Below are positions 1 through 14,462 of a stretch of DNA of 64,000 bases, one piece after another. Source of the DNA: Hemiscyllium ocellatum (Eukaryota); contig NC_083437.1 in the NCBI RefSeq assembly GCF_020745735.1, positions 28,520,001 through 28,584,000 of the forward strand. The letters are read 5' to 3'. The stretch's first letter is position 1. The number at the start of each line of letters is the position of its first letter. The translations under genes and the position numbers were made by a program. The notes below the pieces were generated by a model that had not been told where the DNA came from, ran no database searches, and saw only the letters and a list, made by a program, of their open reading frames with translations.

Positions 1-619
1 TTGCACCACATGGTGTCAGTCACAGGCCAGCTGGTCGCAGTGTGAAACTTCAACCCTTCTCCAACTCCACAATTCTTATAGCCAGTGCTGATCTGACCCT
101 TTCTCTTTCAATTTCTTTGTATCTTATCCCCACAATTTCTTCCCCACATTCTTGCTGTACTAATATCAGGACCTTACAATCTCTCTCCCCCTAGGACTAC
201 TGTAGAACACCTCACATCCCGCAATCTCACTTCTCTTACAATACTTATGCTTAAAGATCCAAGTTCCAAAACACATGGTCACTACTCAATTTAGGTGGCA
301 TTGGGTCAAATCACCAGTGAGAGAGACCTCCATCCTCTCTCCAAAGGGTGTCTGATATTATTTAAATGCACTCAGGCAGCACCAAGCCTCCCAAGATAAT
401 GACTTCAGTAGTGGGCAGTCCTGTGCCCGAGATCCTTACTGGCTACAGGCCTTCACCATTGGTCATCACTGGATCCCTCAAGACAAGCGAGTGGTGGGGT
501 TTGCAGAGAGGGACAAGGTTGGTCCTGATGTCAGGACCCTCAATTGGGCACTAGCTTGAAAGAGGGTGCCCCTCACCCCAACCCCTTCAGGTGCTGGACA
601 GCAACAGGAGACACACATA

Positions 620-905
620 AATGATAGAGTTCCTACAGAAAAGAAAGAGGCCATTCAGCCCATCAGGTTTGCACTGCCCTTCCAAACAACATCCCATCCA
701 GATCAAGCTCCCTACCCTCTACCCATAACCCTGTAATTACCACTTGGCCTGCGCATCTTCAGACTGTGGGAGGAAACCAGAGCACCCAACAGAAACCACA
801 AGCCTCAAGGGAGAACATGCAAACTCCACACAGACAGTCACCCCAAGTTACAGTCGAATCTGGGTCCCTAGCACCATGACAGCAGTGCTCATGACTAAGT
901 CACCA
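620..905 (-). mobile_element. Diverged HE1/V-SINE
   Basis: Reverse complement of the V-domain (gactgtgggaggaaaccagagcaccc...gcaaactccacacagacagtcacc) seen at 43096. Confidence 0.75.
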
Positions 906-2454
906 GGCCATCCATTCAGTGTTCATGAGAACTCCTGAAGTATCATTAAATCCTATAGGTCTCAGGGATAATGGCCTGCAAGTTGTTCAGTAGTAAGCCT
1001 AATTAATTCACAGGCAGATTCCCACATCAGTCAATTCCCCGCCACCATCTCCCCCGAACTAAAATGGGATCAGTTTTCTGACCCGAGGAGAATGGTCACA
1101 TGTGGGCCCATTTACCACTTTGTCTGCTCTGGCAGGCTCCATTAATTCATTCTCCCAGTCTTATTAAAATCAAAATTAACTCCGTGGATATGGGTGTTAC
1201 TGACTAGACGATGTATGTTACCCTTTCCTCTTTGCTCTCGAGAAGGTGGTGAAAGGGTTTCTTTGAGAATTGCTGAAATATTGCTCAGTACCAAATTCTC
1301 ATGATACAACTACCCTCCAAGTACTGGTGAAACTGACAGCTTGCACTTATCATTAAACAAGCAACAATGAAGGTCACTAACCAAGGAAAAATAAATACAG
1401 ACAAAAATAACGGATTTCATTCTGATTGACAGAAGAGTTCAATGTGGGTCCATCATTAAAAAATTAATAACAGCACATTTAATCTGATTTGCATAACACA
1501 TGCCATCTGTGAGACACCATCTTTGATAGGAAAGGGGGACAAGGATCAGGCTGAGAATTGCAAGTATAGTCACTGAGTTTTATACCTGTTTTAACAGAAA
1601 TAGTTTTTTCTGCTTTAGGCTGTCCCAGCATTTAATTTTTGACCTGTGATAAGCGATTGACTGGAAACAGCAACTGCACTGCATCATCATTCTAGTCAAT
1701 GCAGTCATTAGCTTACTCTGCAGCAGGTTGTGTGCACATAGATGCAATACAGCTTAAAGTAGGTCATTAAATATTTAAATGTATGAGTTGAGCTCCTGTG
1801 GCATTGTTTACAGAGATGTCTGATATCTAATGGTGAGCCTGCCCATCCTGTTAGTCATCCAGTGAACTACAACTGCCATGAGTGTCATCCTCACTCAAAT
1901 TATATAAAGGGTAGAGGATCCCTGTAACCTTGAAATTTCCAGGTTGAAGGTAAATTAGTGGTTTTCTGCCTGTTTATTTATTGTGAAAAGAGGGTTGTTC
2001 TCACAAAAAAAAAGTGTATGCACCTTTAAGATTACTCAAAATTGTGAAAGTTTGCAAACATTGAGTGTGTTTACCACATGTCAATTAAGAGACTGCAGAT
2101 ACTGCGCCTGTAGTTTTTTCTATTACTGAAGAGTTTCCTGAGATATTTCAAACAAATGATTCTGTGGATTTAAATTACACACCACAAAGTGACAAAAAAA
2201 TTAAAATAAACAATGACAGTCATCCAAAATACAAACTTGTGCAAGATATTTTAAACTTTAGTAGTATTAGACTGAACAATTACCCAGTGTAATCACTATC
2301 TAGTTCATAATTCAGCTCTGGAGAAGAGTCATACCAGACTCAAAATGTTAATCCAGTTTCTCTCTACAGATACTGCCAGACTTGCTCAGTTTTCCCAGCA
2401 TTCTCGGTGTTTGAGATTTCCAGTATCCACAGTATTTTGCTTTTAGATACAGTA

Positions 2455-2730
2455 ACAAGCTTTGAGAAGATTTGCAGGTTAGCTTGAGGTTCTGGATGTA
2501 GGTTTGCTCACTGAGCTCGAAGGTTCTTTTTCAGACGCTTTGTCACCATACTAGGTAACCTCATCAGTGAGCCTCTAGTGAAGCACTGGTGATATGGCCT
2601 GCTTTTTAGGTTTAACCTACACACAAGTAAAAAGTGGGCCATATCACCGGTGCTTCAGAGGCTCACTGATGATGTTACCTAGTATGGTGATGAAACATCT
2701 GAAAAAGAACCTTTCACCTCAGCAAGCTTT
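2455..2730. mobile_element. Penelope-type inverted terminal-repeat remnant with hammerhead-like core
   Basis: About 2500-2607 is the reverse complement of about 2630-2725. Core reads CTGATGA-t-GTTACC-tagtat-GGTGAT-GAAAC at 2666-2696. Confidence 0.7.
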
Positions 2731-3935
2731 TGATAAAGTACTTTGTAATTCATATTTTAGAATATAACTTTTGGTTTTAGGAATTAAATTTTTAACAATA
2801 ACAATTCTCTGACTGAGAAACTGATAAAAACAACCGTTAAGTAAATACAGTTTAAAGAAGCCTGGAGTCCGTTATACTTCAAACGGTTGGGGGCCATATT
2901 GGCGTGAAGTTAATGACTAGAAAACCAACAGTGTACATGACATTCACAGATTTTCGAGTAAAAGATAAGTTCTTCATGTGGTCTTACAGAATTAAGCAAA
3001 GTTTTGGAATTGAAAGGATTGCATTTCTGCCCAGCAAGAGGCAATGTATCACATTGCTATTGAGATGGGTGGAGCTTAGTGAGATTCTTTGTTCTGAGTC
3101 ATCCCTGAGAAGTCAATTAGGTCATAGCTATCGGACAGTGTTTGGAAAAGCTGCTAAGAGACTGTTCGTTTTTCTTTCATAGCTCATAGCTCCTTGAAAG
3201 TCAAGAAATAAAGCCAGATCTGCATCAGAAGTACCAGTAAATACTATTTATTGTCCATGATGCAACTGAATGTGTTTAGGATTCAGTGTTAGAAAATTAG
3301 AATGGAGAAAAATATTACTGAATATGTATTTAACTGGAAAATTAAGAAAGAAATCTACAGCCCTTTCCAAAAAGTGTGTTTTTTTGCAGCTGGAGTTCTG
3401 CAAGTTATCAAGTAAAACCACAACAGCTATTAGAAACCAAGAGTGTTTTCTGATGTTTTAAGCCACTGCACAGGAGTCACAGGAAGTTTCATGATGGAGC
3501 TATGGAATCCAGAGTTGAGAGATTGGTAAATGAATTGGAAGTTAATTTGGCCACTAGCAAATGAAAGGGCCTCCATGAAATCTTCCAAATTAGTGAATGG
3601 CTGGAAAACTGATGAGAAATCATGTGTGACTTTCAAAGAGCTGTGGTATAGATTCTGGGCTGGTCCTAGTAAAGGTTGAGAAAGGCAAGGGCAGTGGGGA
3701 GGAAGACCATGAGTGTGTAAAGGAGTGAATTTAAATGCAAGTTTTTATAACCTGTAGTGTTAAATTAATCATGCTTAGATGTTTAGTTTTTGATGGTAAA
3801 CAAGAAAGTTCATTTCTGTTTAAAAACTCTTGAGTTTTGTTCTATCACTTAATTGATGGTTATTTGGATTTCTTCTTCAAACATCTAAAAACCCTATGTG
3901 GATTACAATACTAGGCAAAACATAGATGAAAACAG

Positions 3936-4084
3936 AGTTTAGATTAGTGTGGTGCTGGAAAAGCACAGCAGTCAGGCAGCATCCGAGGAGCAGGATAATC
4001 GACGTTTTGGGCAAAAGCCCTTCATCAGGAATTCCTCTAATCTAAACTCTGGTTTCCAGCATCTGCAATCCTCACTTTTTCCAT
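3936..4084 (-). mobile_element. Short Penelope-derived element with 14-bp TSD
   Basis: ATAGATGAAAACAG at 3922 and 4085, an internal inversion, and a hammerhead-like core on the minus strand. Confidence 0.75.
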
Positions 4085-5299
4085 ATAGATGAAAACAGCA
4101 GAGACTCTGTTCACCTTTAAATGTTCTCATCAACCTGTTCATCGACATTATTACTCACCTGTGGGACAGGTGGGATTTGAACCTCTTGGCTACCATTGCA
4201 TCTCAAGAACCTCCCTTCACGTTTATAATGAATGACCCAAGAATAAACACATGAAATGTGTGAGGCGCTATCACAACTGAATCATGGGTTACTGACAGAA
4301 ATCCAAAGTGATCTATAATTCTAACGTTCACCCCATAGTCCTGAATTTTCCACCTCAAACTTTGCTCAAATTATCCGTTAACAGCGACATCTTGCAGTTC
4401 TTTGGTTTATTTGAATGTAGCAAAATGCATGTTTGAAGATTGCTTGCTTCAAAAAGACTCCCCGCTTCCCTGTTTGCAAAAGCCGCCCATGTAAATTGTC
4501 AAGGGTCTCCCCCTCACTCGAAATGATGGATGTGAATAAACCAATTGTACTAGTCGATTAAATTTCAGTCTATAATTCACCTCCGAGTATCACTTATTCT
4601 ACATGTGCCCACTAACTGTACGCCTCGATTTCAATCCAGACTCTTTGCTGAGAGTGTCCGTTACTCTACATATAAACCCCAGCAGAATTCCACGTAACAG
4701 CTGAGTAACGCTGGAAACCAGAATAATGATACGACTGTTTTTTTCAATTGGAAAGCATTTTATCGTATTACAGGATTATAAACAAACTGTACGGAGGTTT
4801 GTAGCGTTTAACAATAACTGCCTACTTTCATAAAGGTCTGGTTAATTGAAAGTTAAAATTAGTGGCCTGTTTGTATGCGGGAGAGAGTGACTTCTGGTGA
4901 CGTGGGCCCCACAGAAACCAGAACATCAGCTGCCAATACCCCCGTACACGTGCAAATGACCCCCAAGACAGTCAGAGGAGCTGGAAACAGGCACCAGGTC
5001 ACACCCATTGAAAACCTTGGAAATTGCGAAGGAAGGGCGCGACTCTCACCCCTTTATAAAAATAAATACAACACTCAGAATGAGCCCTCGTTACCAAGGA
5101 ACAAAAACAGAAATGTAACTAGAGGGACCACAATATTCCCAGGTCAACCCTTGACCGCGAGGTTGGGGGGTGCAGGTAACAATGTTCGGGGATGGGTGAA
5201 ACATTGAATTGACACAACTGAAGCTGTCTGGACTCTACCTCCCTCCAGGAGAAAGTGGGGACTGCAGATGCTTGGAGATCAGAGCTGAAACACAGCAAC

Positions 5300-7800
5300 A
5301 CATTTTCAGCTCTACCTCCCTCCACCCCGTCGGCTTTTTTCTTCCATGGGAAGGAAGGGGGTTGCTCGGAAAGAAATTAAAACTGGCAGCACTCACCCAG
5401 AAACCAGTCACAAAAGCTGCCCGTCTGACCTGCCCATATCGCTCCGTTCGCTTCGCAAGTGAATTTGGGAGATAAGAGTAAAAAAAACTTCTTGCAAATT
5501 CCTGCTCGCAACTATTTCAGAGGGTTGGCTTGGACGCAATCAAAACCAGAGGGAGAGGGAGGATACATATCCTGGATCTACCAAAAAAGCATTAGTTAGC
5601 CTCCAATGAACAGGGTACACGTTTAAAGAATGGAATTGTAGTGTGTATTCATCATTTTGTGTGGGTCAAAGTTGTTTTTATTTTTGTAAAATTAGTACTT
5701 TGCAAAGACCTAATGCTGTTTCCCCCCCTAAGGCTGTGATGCTGATGGAAGGAACCTCATTTACATGAAGATTAAGGGTTGACATCAGGATTTTGTTACA
5801 GTGTATCATTCGGCGGGGAAAGGTATCAATTTATTTTTAATTATTATTTTTTTTCTGGAAACCGATTAAATCTGGAGGAATACCGTTACAGTCGAGCCTC
5901 GAATGTGGATGAACCTTTTATCCAAAATGACAAATCGTGTCGCCAGAGAGTCTTTCCAAGGTGGGCTTCAGATCCCTACATTTTTTTTCTCTTCGTTTTA
6001 AATGCTGCGTTTAAATGATTAATAACTTTCTTTCTGTTCGGTCGGAAGAGACTTATTTCGGATACATTTAGGCAGTTGTCAGGCTGAGAAGACGTATATT
6101 TTATTTGTGTGTTTTAAACAATTAATTGAAGGCGTGTTCTGTGTCTTTCACTGTTAATTTCTCGGATCCCGAGAGAGATGGCAATGTCGATGCGGCTATC
6201 AGTCGTCAGTTTATTACTTCAGTCCTCTGAAAACTCTTGCTTTCTGTGTGTTGAAATCGGAAGATTTCTGTTTTAACATTGTAACCCCCCTCCCTCCACC
6301 CCCGCCAGTCTGATCTCGTTGTTTCCAAGTGTAAATGATCAGGTTTGCGAAATGTGCATAAAAGCTGCCACCCCGATTAAATCCTCGTTTAATGTTGGGG
6401 TGATATTTATACATCGGCGGGTGGGGAAAGAGGGAAGGACTGGGGTTGGGTTTATGCTGGTAACTTTTAAGTTTGATCTGCCTCCATATTCTCTGTGGCG
6501 AATTCTGCCGGCTGCCTGAACTCGAACAGATCTCGCCTTGGATTCTCCCTCCCTCCCTTCCTTCCCCTCCTCTCCCCTCCCCCTCAAATCTCTTCAGGGG
6601 AGGGGAAAAAAAAACTAATTATTTTCCTCTCCGTTACAGACATGGATTCTTCATCGCCCTCAACTTTCGACTCGGAGGTAATTCTATGACATTAATTCTA
6701 AAAAGGTCCTTGAATCTTCCTATGGTCGGAATTTAGACTGGATTTTTGTTTTTTTTAAAAGTGATCGATTTTAGTCGACAGTTGGATCAATTTCATTCCC
6801 ATAGGGGTCCGATTATATACGTCGCGCCATCTTGTCAATTTACCATACCTGTATGTAATTTTTAAGACCCCTTGTTAATCAGAGCAGATGAGTTTGTGTT
6901 AAAATGTGTGTCTGGCCGCCTTGCTGTGCTCCCATTCGAAGTTAGCAATCTATTGTTGCGGGGATGGTGGGGGGACATTTCCCCTTTCAATCAGTGCTGT
7001 CCTTTTTTTTAAATTCCCTCCCCCTCCAAGAGTCTGCTGCCTGCCTGTTCTTCAGGGATCGCCAATCCCGGTGTGTGTGTGTGTGTTTTTTAGTGATGAA
7101 TATTCGCCATCTTGCCTCTGACCCGTCCCTTTTTTTCCCCCATCCTTCCCTCCTTCCTCAAAAAGGAATTTTATTTTCCTAATTAATCGTCCCGCGCCTC
7201 TTTTGACCTCCTCCACGTCTGCCCCGAACTCTAATCCTGCACACTTCGGTTTCATTAAACCCAGATTGTTTTTACTTTTAAAAAAACAATTTTTATTAAA
7301 AAAATAATGTTTCTCTACGCGAACGTGTCCCGCGAGGAAGCCTTTTAATTTATAGTTGAATGGAAAGGTTTGACTGGTAGTAAAATGTATCAATTATACA
7401 GAATGAATCGTTCCCTTTGTTAAATGGTGGGGATGTTGTATTCTGGGTAGATGGACCCCTCCTCCCCCTTCCCGGACTGTGGATTATCCGAGATACATCA
7501 AACTGAGCTTTAACAGCGAGCAGCTCAATCCTGGGGATATTTGTAAAATCCGAAAGAGGGATTGCCACAACAGCCCTACCTTTTGATCAGTGGGACGACT
7601 TATTTTTTTCCCCACAAATGGGTGAAACGCGCTACCTTGCTTGAAGTGAATGGTAGCTGACAATTCCGGCGAATAGGTGGACTATCGGGGTTTAGGTGGC
7701 AGAGGTCAAACTGTTTTCGTATCGCCTGCGTTCAAGTTTTCCAGACTCCGACCTTCAGCCCCTTGCACCCTCGCCTACAGTAATCCCATTTCCGTCTGTT
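5300..7800. promoter_or_regulatory. CpG-enriched PHF13 promoter / first-exon region
   Basis: CpG is retained against a CpG-depleted background. YY1-type CGCCATCTTG at 6825 and 7105; CT-rich tract about 6545-6585; acceptor-like ttttcctctccgttacag just before the ATG suggests an upstream UTR exon. Confidence 0.6.
6642..6677 (+). CDS. PHF13: PHF13 coding exon 1 (MDSSSPSTFDSE)
   Basis: ATG at 6642, then 12 codons and a GAG|gtaatt donor (phase 0). Resembles the vertebrate PHF13 N-terminus MDSDS...FHPE and splices in frame to exon 2. Confidence 0.75.
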
Positions 7801-8299
7801 GAGCAAAATTCTCAGGCAGTTTAACTACTCACCAGTAAAATGTGGTGCTGGGTAGGATATAGTCAGTCCGGAGGCTTGGTGCCTGAAGTAAAATCGGACA
7901 CTCAGCTCCTGATCTGACCAGGAGGCAACAGAACCGAAGAGACCGTTCAGGCAGGTAAACAAACCGTTGTGTGTCCCCTTTACCTAAGAATTGCACTGAA
8001 GTATTTTCTAATATAAAGCCCAGTTGCCAGGAACTATTGATTGCCTCATCAGTGTTCCTCAAGAGACGTTAATTTGAAAGATTTTGCCCAATCTTTGCAA
8101 AATTTCTACTGTGCAAAGTGCTGCACATTATTCTATTGAGCACTATGACTAACAACAAGGCCTTCCTTTTCTTTGTTCTGCAGTGTCTATGGTAATGGGC
8201 CAAAATTAGATTTAAATCTTGAAAAATTAGAGACTCAGTGCTCAAATTGTTGACTGGCCATCCGTGACAGACCTCTGTGTACATAAACACTGAACTAAT

Positions 8300-9005
8300 C
8301 ATCGAGTTATTCAGACCCTTTGGTCCAACCAGTCCACGCTAACTAAACTAAACTATTCTCACCTGCCTGTGTTGGCCCATATCCCTCCAAACTTTTACTG
8401 TTCTTTTAACTTACCCAAATATCTTTTAAATGTTGTAACTGTACCTGCGTCTGCCACTATTTCTGACAGTTCATTCCACACACAAACCACCGTGTTTTTA
8501 AAAAAAAGTTGCCCCCATGTCCTTTTCAAATTTTTCTCCTCTCACCTTAAAACTATGCCTCCTAGTTTTGAATTCCCCCACCTTAGGGAAAAGACTCTTG
8601 TAATTCAGCTTATCTATGTGCCCCATGATTTTATGAACCTGTCTCAGGTCACCCCTCAACCTACTACACTATGGTGAAAAAGGTAGTGGGCTTTTTTAGC
8701 CTTTCTGGTTTATTTTTATATCTCAAACCTGTCAATCTCGGCAACATCCTGGTTAATCTATTCTGAACCCTCTCCAGGTTAATAATATCCTTCCTATAAC
8801 AGGATGATCAGAATGGCACAGAGGCATTACCAAAGTCTTGTACATTCTGAACATGACATCCAAACTCCTACATTCAAAGGTCTGAGCAATGAAGGCAAGT
8901 GTGTTAAACGTCTTCTTAATCACCCTGTCTACCTGGAGTGCAAATTTCAAAGACTCCTGTACCTGAACCCCTAATTCTGTCTGTTCTACAACACTACCCA
9001 GGGCC
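8300..9005 (-). mobile_element. CR1 LINE 3' region, continues at about 9935-10185
   Basis: ORF 8753-9031 is a degenerate CR1 ORF2 C-terminus (QVDRVIKK...YKTLV). Confidence 0.8.
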
Positions 9006-9935
9006 TCCAGCATCCACATCCAAATGATCATTAGCCGCTATTTCTGGTATCTCCAGTGACATGCTACCACAGACACCTGTTTCCCTTCTTTCCATTGTCA
9101 GCCTTCCACAGGGACAGTACCATCTGGGACATCCTGGTCCACTCTGCCTTCACTCCCAACACCCCACCACAGCCTCATGGCACCTTTCCCTGCAACTGCA
9201 GAAGGCATGACACCTACCTGTTTACTTCCTTCCTCTGCCATATCCAAGGGCCCAAACTCACCTCCCAGGTGAAGCAGCACTTGACCTGCACTTCACGCAG
9301 TCTGGTCTACTGCATTCGTTGCTCACCAAGTGGTCATCTCTACCTTGGGGAAACAAAGGATAGACTGGGTGACCGCTTCACAGAATACCTACATTCTGTC
9401 TGCAAAAATGACTCCGAGCTGCCAGTTGTCTGTCCCTTCAAAGTACCAATCATTCCCTGGCCAACATCTTTGTTTCAGGCTTGCTGTACTACTCCAGCAA
9501 AGCTCAGTGCAAGCTGGAAGAACAGCACCTCATTTTCCACTTGGGGACTCTGTAGCCCTCTGGACTCAATATCAAGTTCAATAACTTTGGGGCTTGAACT
9601 CTCCCATGTCCTTATCCCAAACCCACATATCAGGTTTTCTTAACCTAGTCGGCTATTATACACAACTCATTGTTAGCCACTAACAGTCACCATTAATAGC
9701 TATTCACCCTCCTAGCCAGATTGTTACCCACGCCTTTGTCCATCCAACTGTTCTCTCTCTTTGGGCTCTGTCCCCACCTATCGTTTATTCCTTACCACCA
9801 GTTCTGAGGAAGGGTCACTTGATCCAAAATGTTAACTCTGATTTCTGTCCACAGATGCTGCCAGACCCACTGAGCTAGTTTAGCAATTTTGGTTTTAGCT
9901 TCAAGTTACAGTATCTGCAGTTTTTTTGGTTTTAC
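9006..9935 (+). mobile_element. Penelope-like element fragment with GIY-YIG endonuclease, nested in CR1
   Basis: GTFPCNCRR...TCTSRSLVYCIRC...HLYLGETKDRLGDRF matches the PLE GIY-YIG domain. Decayed hammerhead-like 3' repeat near 9803-9835. Confidence 0.85.
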
Positions 9936-10587
9936 TGTACAAGTCTTGCCCTTGTTTGTGTTACCAAAATGTGATACCCCACATTTATCCAAATTAAACT
10001 CCATCTCTGCTCCTCAGCCTACTGACCCAATTTATCAAGATCTCTTTGTAATCTTAGATATCCTTCTTCACTATCCACTATACCACTAATTTTGGTAAAA
10101 AGGTAAAAGTCAACTGCAAACTTAACCATTCCTCCTATATTTTCATCCAAATCATTTATATAAATGACAAACAAAAGTGGACCTACACCTGTATTACACA
10201 GGAAAACAGCTTCAGAAGAATGTTTTCAGTAAACGTACAGTGGCAGATCTGTGCCCATAGACACAGAATCCCTGTATTACTTAGCTGCAAGGAGGATAAA
10301 AATTTCATCTACTACTAAACATCACTGAAATCTTGGGGATGACAATGCAAGAATCCCACCTCTCCCAGTCATACTATCCCTATAATCCACTACTTTACTA
10401 TTAGATGATGGTAGAAACCAGTTGATTTTAATCAAAACTGTTCAAACATTGAAGCTTTGCAATATTAGTGATCATAAAGCAGTATTAACTTGCATACCAA
10501 TGACCAGAGTACAGTGGTGGGTTTGTCTGTACCAATTGCACAAATTCACATCTAACCTTACTCTCTTTTGCTCTCCCTTCTCCCTAG

Positions 10588-10689
10588 GATTATACTCCAA
10601 CAGATAAGAGGTGTAGGACAGTCGAAGATTTTAATAAATTCTGCACGTTTGTCTTGGTTTATGCTGGTTACATTCCCTACCCTCAAGAA
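10588..10689 (+). CDS. PHF13: PHF13 coding exon 2 ([34 protein letters not shown])
   Basis: Polypyrimidine tract and ctag acceptor, 102 nt, GAA|gtaagt donor. Contains the [23 protein letters not shown] motif of PHF13/PHF23. Absent from the ORF track and translated by hand. Confidence 0.95.
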
Positions 10690-11954
10690 GTAAGTTCAAC
10701 TGCTTCAAACTCCCAATTTTTATTCTCTATCATATTGCAGTTTGACAAAGTAACTATCTTTCCTGCTCAATTTGTAGAAAATGGTACATAAATAATGTGG
10801 ATAGTGTCACAATTTCAATTCCAACATTGGTGACAGACACCATTCAGTGGCTCAATGCATTTATTCAGTGATGAACTGACCTGGAAATTCTCAGGTTTGA
10901 TTGGTGATCTGGAATACAATGTCTTGAAAGGATGATGGAAGCAGGTTCAATTGTGATTTTTCTTTTAAATGAGAATTGATAAACAGTGGGGCTGGGGCTA
11001 ATGGAAGAAGGAAATGTTAAGGCTAGGGGAAGGAGTAACCAGCATGAGATAGCTTTTTCAAAAAGACAATACAGATGCTGAGGGTCAAATTGTTTTTTTC
11101 TACGCTCTGTAATTTCATTTTCCAAGCTCAATTAACAGGTCTTGGCCAGGTGGGTAACAGGGGCATAACAGTTGGTCTCTAGTAAGGGGAGAATTTAACT
11201 CTGGCTTTGCTCCTGATTGCCAGAAATTAACTATGGTCGCCAAAAGGATGTCCCCCCCCTCATAGGAACATCAGTTACACTGTTTGAATTGGGAGATTCC
11301 TTTCGTTTTAGTCAGAGCTAAAAGAAATATCTTTCTCTGGAAAGTCATTAGTCTGGGTAAATTCTCTTTCTCAGCAGAATAGTGGCTGGGTCAGTTTAAT
11401 GTTTTTAAGGCTGAGTTAGATAGATTCTTGGTTGACAAGAAAGTCAATGGGTATGGGAGTAGATAGGAAAGTGAAGGCCACTAATTTGAATACAAATTAG
11501 GAGTAGACCCTCTTCAGCCAGCTCCACTGTTCAATAAGTTCATGGCTGATCTGATTAACCACAGTCTGACCTACCACTGATCAAATCAGCCAGGATCCTA
11601 CAAACTAGTGGAGCAGGGACTGCATAAGTTAGTCATAATTCATAGGTTTGAGACACTTCAATTAGGGCAATATGAGCTTGGCACTCACTATTGGTGATGG
11701 TGACAATGAGGAGTTGGGATTGAGGAACCTGTACCCTAGCATTGGAAAGGAAAGGAAGGTGATAAATGAAGGAGAAACGCAGATACTTTTCCTTAAGTGT
11801 GCTAATCAGTGTCCTTAAAGGTAGGAAGGATGTATAACAAAACTTGCATGCTTTTGATCGAAGCTATGCACGTAGGGCATAAGGGGAGAGAGAATCTGGA
11901 ATGGGAGAAGGAGAAAAGATTGCATGATTCTACCTGACCTCCTTCATTTTTGAA

Positions 11955-12158
11955 GAGTGTTGTGCTGGAAAAGCACAGTCAGTCAGGCAGCTTTTGAGGA
12001 GCAGGAGAGTCGATGTTTCAGGCATAAGCCCTTCACCAGAAATGATGCCCAAACATCAACTCTCCTGCTCCTCGGATGCTGCCTGAACAGCTGTGCTTTT
12101 CTAGCATCACACTGTTCGATTCTGATCTCCAGCATCTGTCGTCCTCACTTTCTCCTGG
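11955..12158. mobile_element. Palindromic short Penelope-derived element
   Basis: 11957-12030 is the reverse complement of 12045-12113. Same family as 3936. Confidence 0.75.
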
Positions 12159-13059
12159 GTCATTTTTCACTTGGCAACAATCTTCAAATCAGCACCAGAG
12201 GCCCTTTAACATCACCCAGATATGGCATCTCTGTAACAATGTCCAATTGGGGAGAAATGGAAGGCTTCTTTTAAAAAGGGCATCATTGACCTGAATTTGA
12301 CAGGCAAATGTTCACCCCCCCCCCCCACTCCTCCCATTTTCTAGACATGTATTATTTTGAGGGCTGGATGTTTTGGTTTACAAAACAGCAAGCAGTCACT
12401 CTCCAGTCAGCTTCTGGGCTCATATTGTTACACTGAGCAAATAGTTGAGTGTAATCTGTTTCTTATTTCAATCCCGTTTATGGGTAGAACATCTTGTTTT
12501 CCTGTTAATGTTGTGGTATTCCAAGCATGTCGCTTAGAATGTGCCAATTCCCAAAGAAAACCAGAGACTTTTGATCAAACAAGTTTTCTGTTTGACTCCA
12601 TGAAACTCAGTTGTGTCTGGATGTTCCATTTTCACAGATTTTGTCAGCTGTTTGGGGTCACCCGTTGACTAAGGCTGTATAAAGGAGTGGGTGGAGATAA
12701 TTATTTAAAAAAAGAGGAGAAAATGTACATTTCTATAACCTCCAGATGTCACAATGCACTTCACAGCCAATTTTGTAATGCAGGAAATGTTTTGGTCAGT
12801 CCAAGTACAACAAGGTTATTGATTAGCTGCTCAAGAAACAAAGTTTTTTTTCCAGTTGAGGAATAAATATTAACTTATGATACAAGAGAGAACTCGCCTA
12901 ATCATCTGTTGTTTTAAAAAGTGCAACAGGATCTTTTATGTCCACATGAGAGGGTTCATAAAGCCTCCTCATTTAGAAAAAAAATCCATGCAGGTGCTCC
13001 AATCCTTTAGTACCTCCCTAGAGTGTCGACTTTGATTCTCCTTAGACATAATCTCTATC

Positions 13060-14335
13060 AAATGTCTATCCTTGGACTGAATGAATTACAATCAAGGATA
13101 TTGATGAAAGAAGCAACTAGAGAGCTAATAGACGCACTGGTAGTAACCTTCCAAAAAGCCTTCTATTCTGGGAAAGGGCCCAGAAACTGCCAATGTAATA
13201 CCTTTATTTGAAAAGGTAAGGAGGCCAAAAAAAACAGGTGACTGTGGGTTAGTTAGCATAACATTGATCATTGGAAAATGTTAGAGACTGTTATAACAGA
13301 TGTAATAGCAGAACATTAGAAATGTGTAACATAATCAAGCAAAGTCAGCATGGCTTCATGAAAGGTAAATCGTACCTGAGATATTTCTTAGAATTCTTTT
13401 GAGTAGGTAACAAGTGGGATAGTTGAAGGGGAACCAGCAGAGATAATATATTTGGATTTTCAAAAGGCAACAAGTTATTGCACATGTAGCTACCTCATAA
13501 CAGAGCCCATGGTATTGAGTGCTTGGTGCAGGATAGAGGATTTGCTACCTAACAGAAGACAAAGTTGGGATAAGGGAGATACTTTCAGAATGGCAATCTA
13601 ATTAATGGAACTCCACATGAGCATACTCTGATTACAATTATTCACAACATACGTTCGTGACTTGGACGAGGAAAGTGAGTGTACATTAGTCAAGTTTGCA
13701 GATGGCACAAAAACAAGAGTGGAAAGGCAAGTGGTGAGGATGGCACAGAGTCTACAGAAGGCTAAGCAAGTGGACAAAAACTTGGCAGATGGACAATCAC
13801 GTGGGAAAGTGTGTGGTTATGCACTTTTGGAAGCATGAACATTATTTAAATGGAGAATGGTGTAGCACACAGGGACTTGGTTTCCTTGTCCATGAATCGC
13901 AAGAGACGGGCATATAAATACAGTGGTAATAAGGGAGTGAGATGGAAAGTTGACCTTTATTTCAAAGGAACACAGTATGAAAGGTAGGGAAGTCATGCTA
14001 AAACTATTCAAAGCATTAGAAAGGCTCACACCTACAATACTGTGAACAGTTTGGGTATTTTATCTAAGGAGAGATGTATGGCATTGGATAGGGTTAACTA
14101 GCCTGAACGTTTGGAGGGATTGTCCTATGAGGAGAAGTTGATTAGATTTGGCCTGTGCTCATTAGAAGATTGAGATTCTCTCAAGAAGATTTTCTCTCAT
14201 GGGTCTTGACAATGTAGATGCTGTGAGGTTTTTTTTCCCCACATGTGGGAGAGTCTAAACTCAGAGGGCATAATCTCAGAGTAAAGGGTCCATTTAAGTA
14301 AGAGATAAAGAAGATTGTTTTCCCCAGAGGGTAGT
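13060..14335 (+). mobile_element. Degenerate CR1 LINE (RT region), continues at 21624-21835
   Basis: Remnant SQHGFMKGKS, YLDFQKA and KFAD motifs. The 3' part resumes after the LTR. Confidence 0.8.
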
Positions 14336-14462
14336 TGAAATAACTGCAGAGGCCAGTGTCTCATCACCAAGTCACCCTTTTATTTAATGTGCATAGTACA
14401 TAGGCTCTCTTCAGCAAGCCTGGAGTCAGTGCCTCAACTGAGGAGACTCTCTGAATCTCCTG
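14336..14462 (-). mobile_element. Solo LTR, 3' half (R/U5-like), split by the insertion stack
   Basis: Minus strand has AATAAA (14379-14384) and terminal TTTCA. The left flank GGTAGT recurs at 21624-21629 inside the interrupted CR1 (cagagGGTAGTgaatctgtggaatt). Confidence 0.65.

Noticed and set aside
2900-3910. Possible solo LTR upstream of PHF13
   Set aside because: The composition is suggestive, but no clean TG...CA ends with a TSD could be defined.
7094-7121. DEYSPSCL after ttttttag looks like human PHF13 EEYSPSC (possible alternative exon 2)
   Set aside because: A stop follows immediately, the phase does not fit exon 1, it overlaps a YY1-type CGCCATCTTG motif, and the true exon 2 is at 10588. 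Most likely coincidence.
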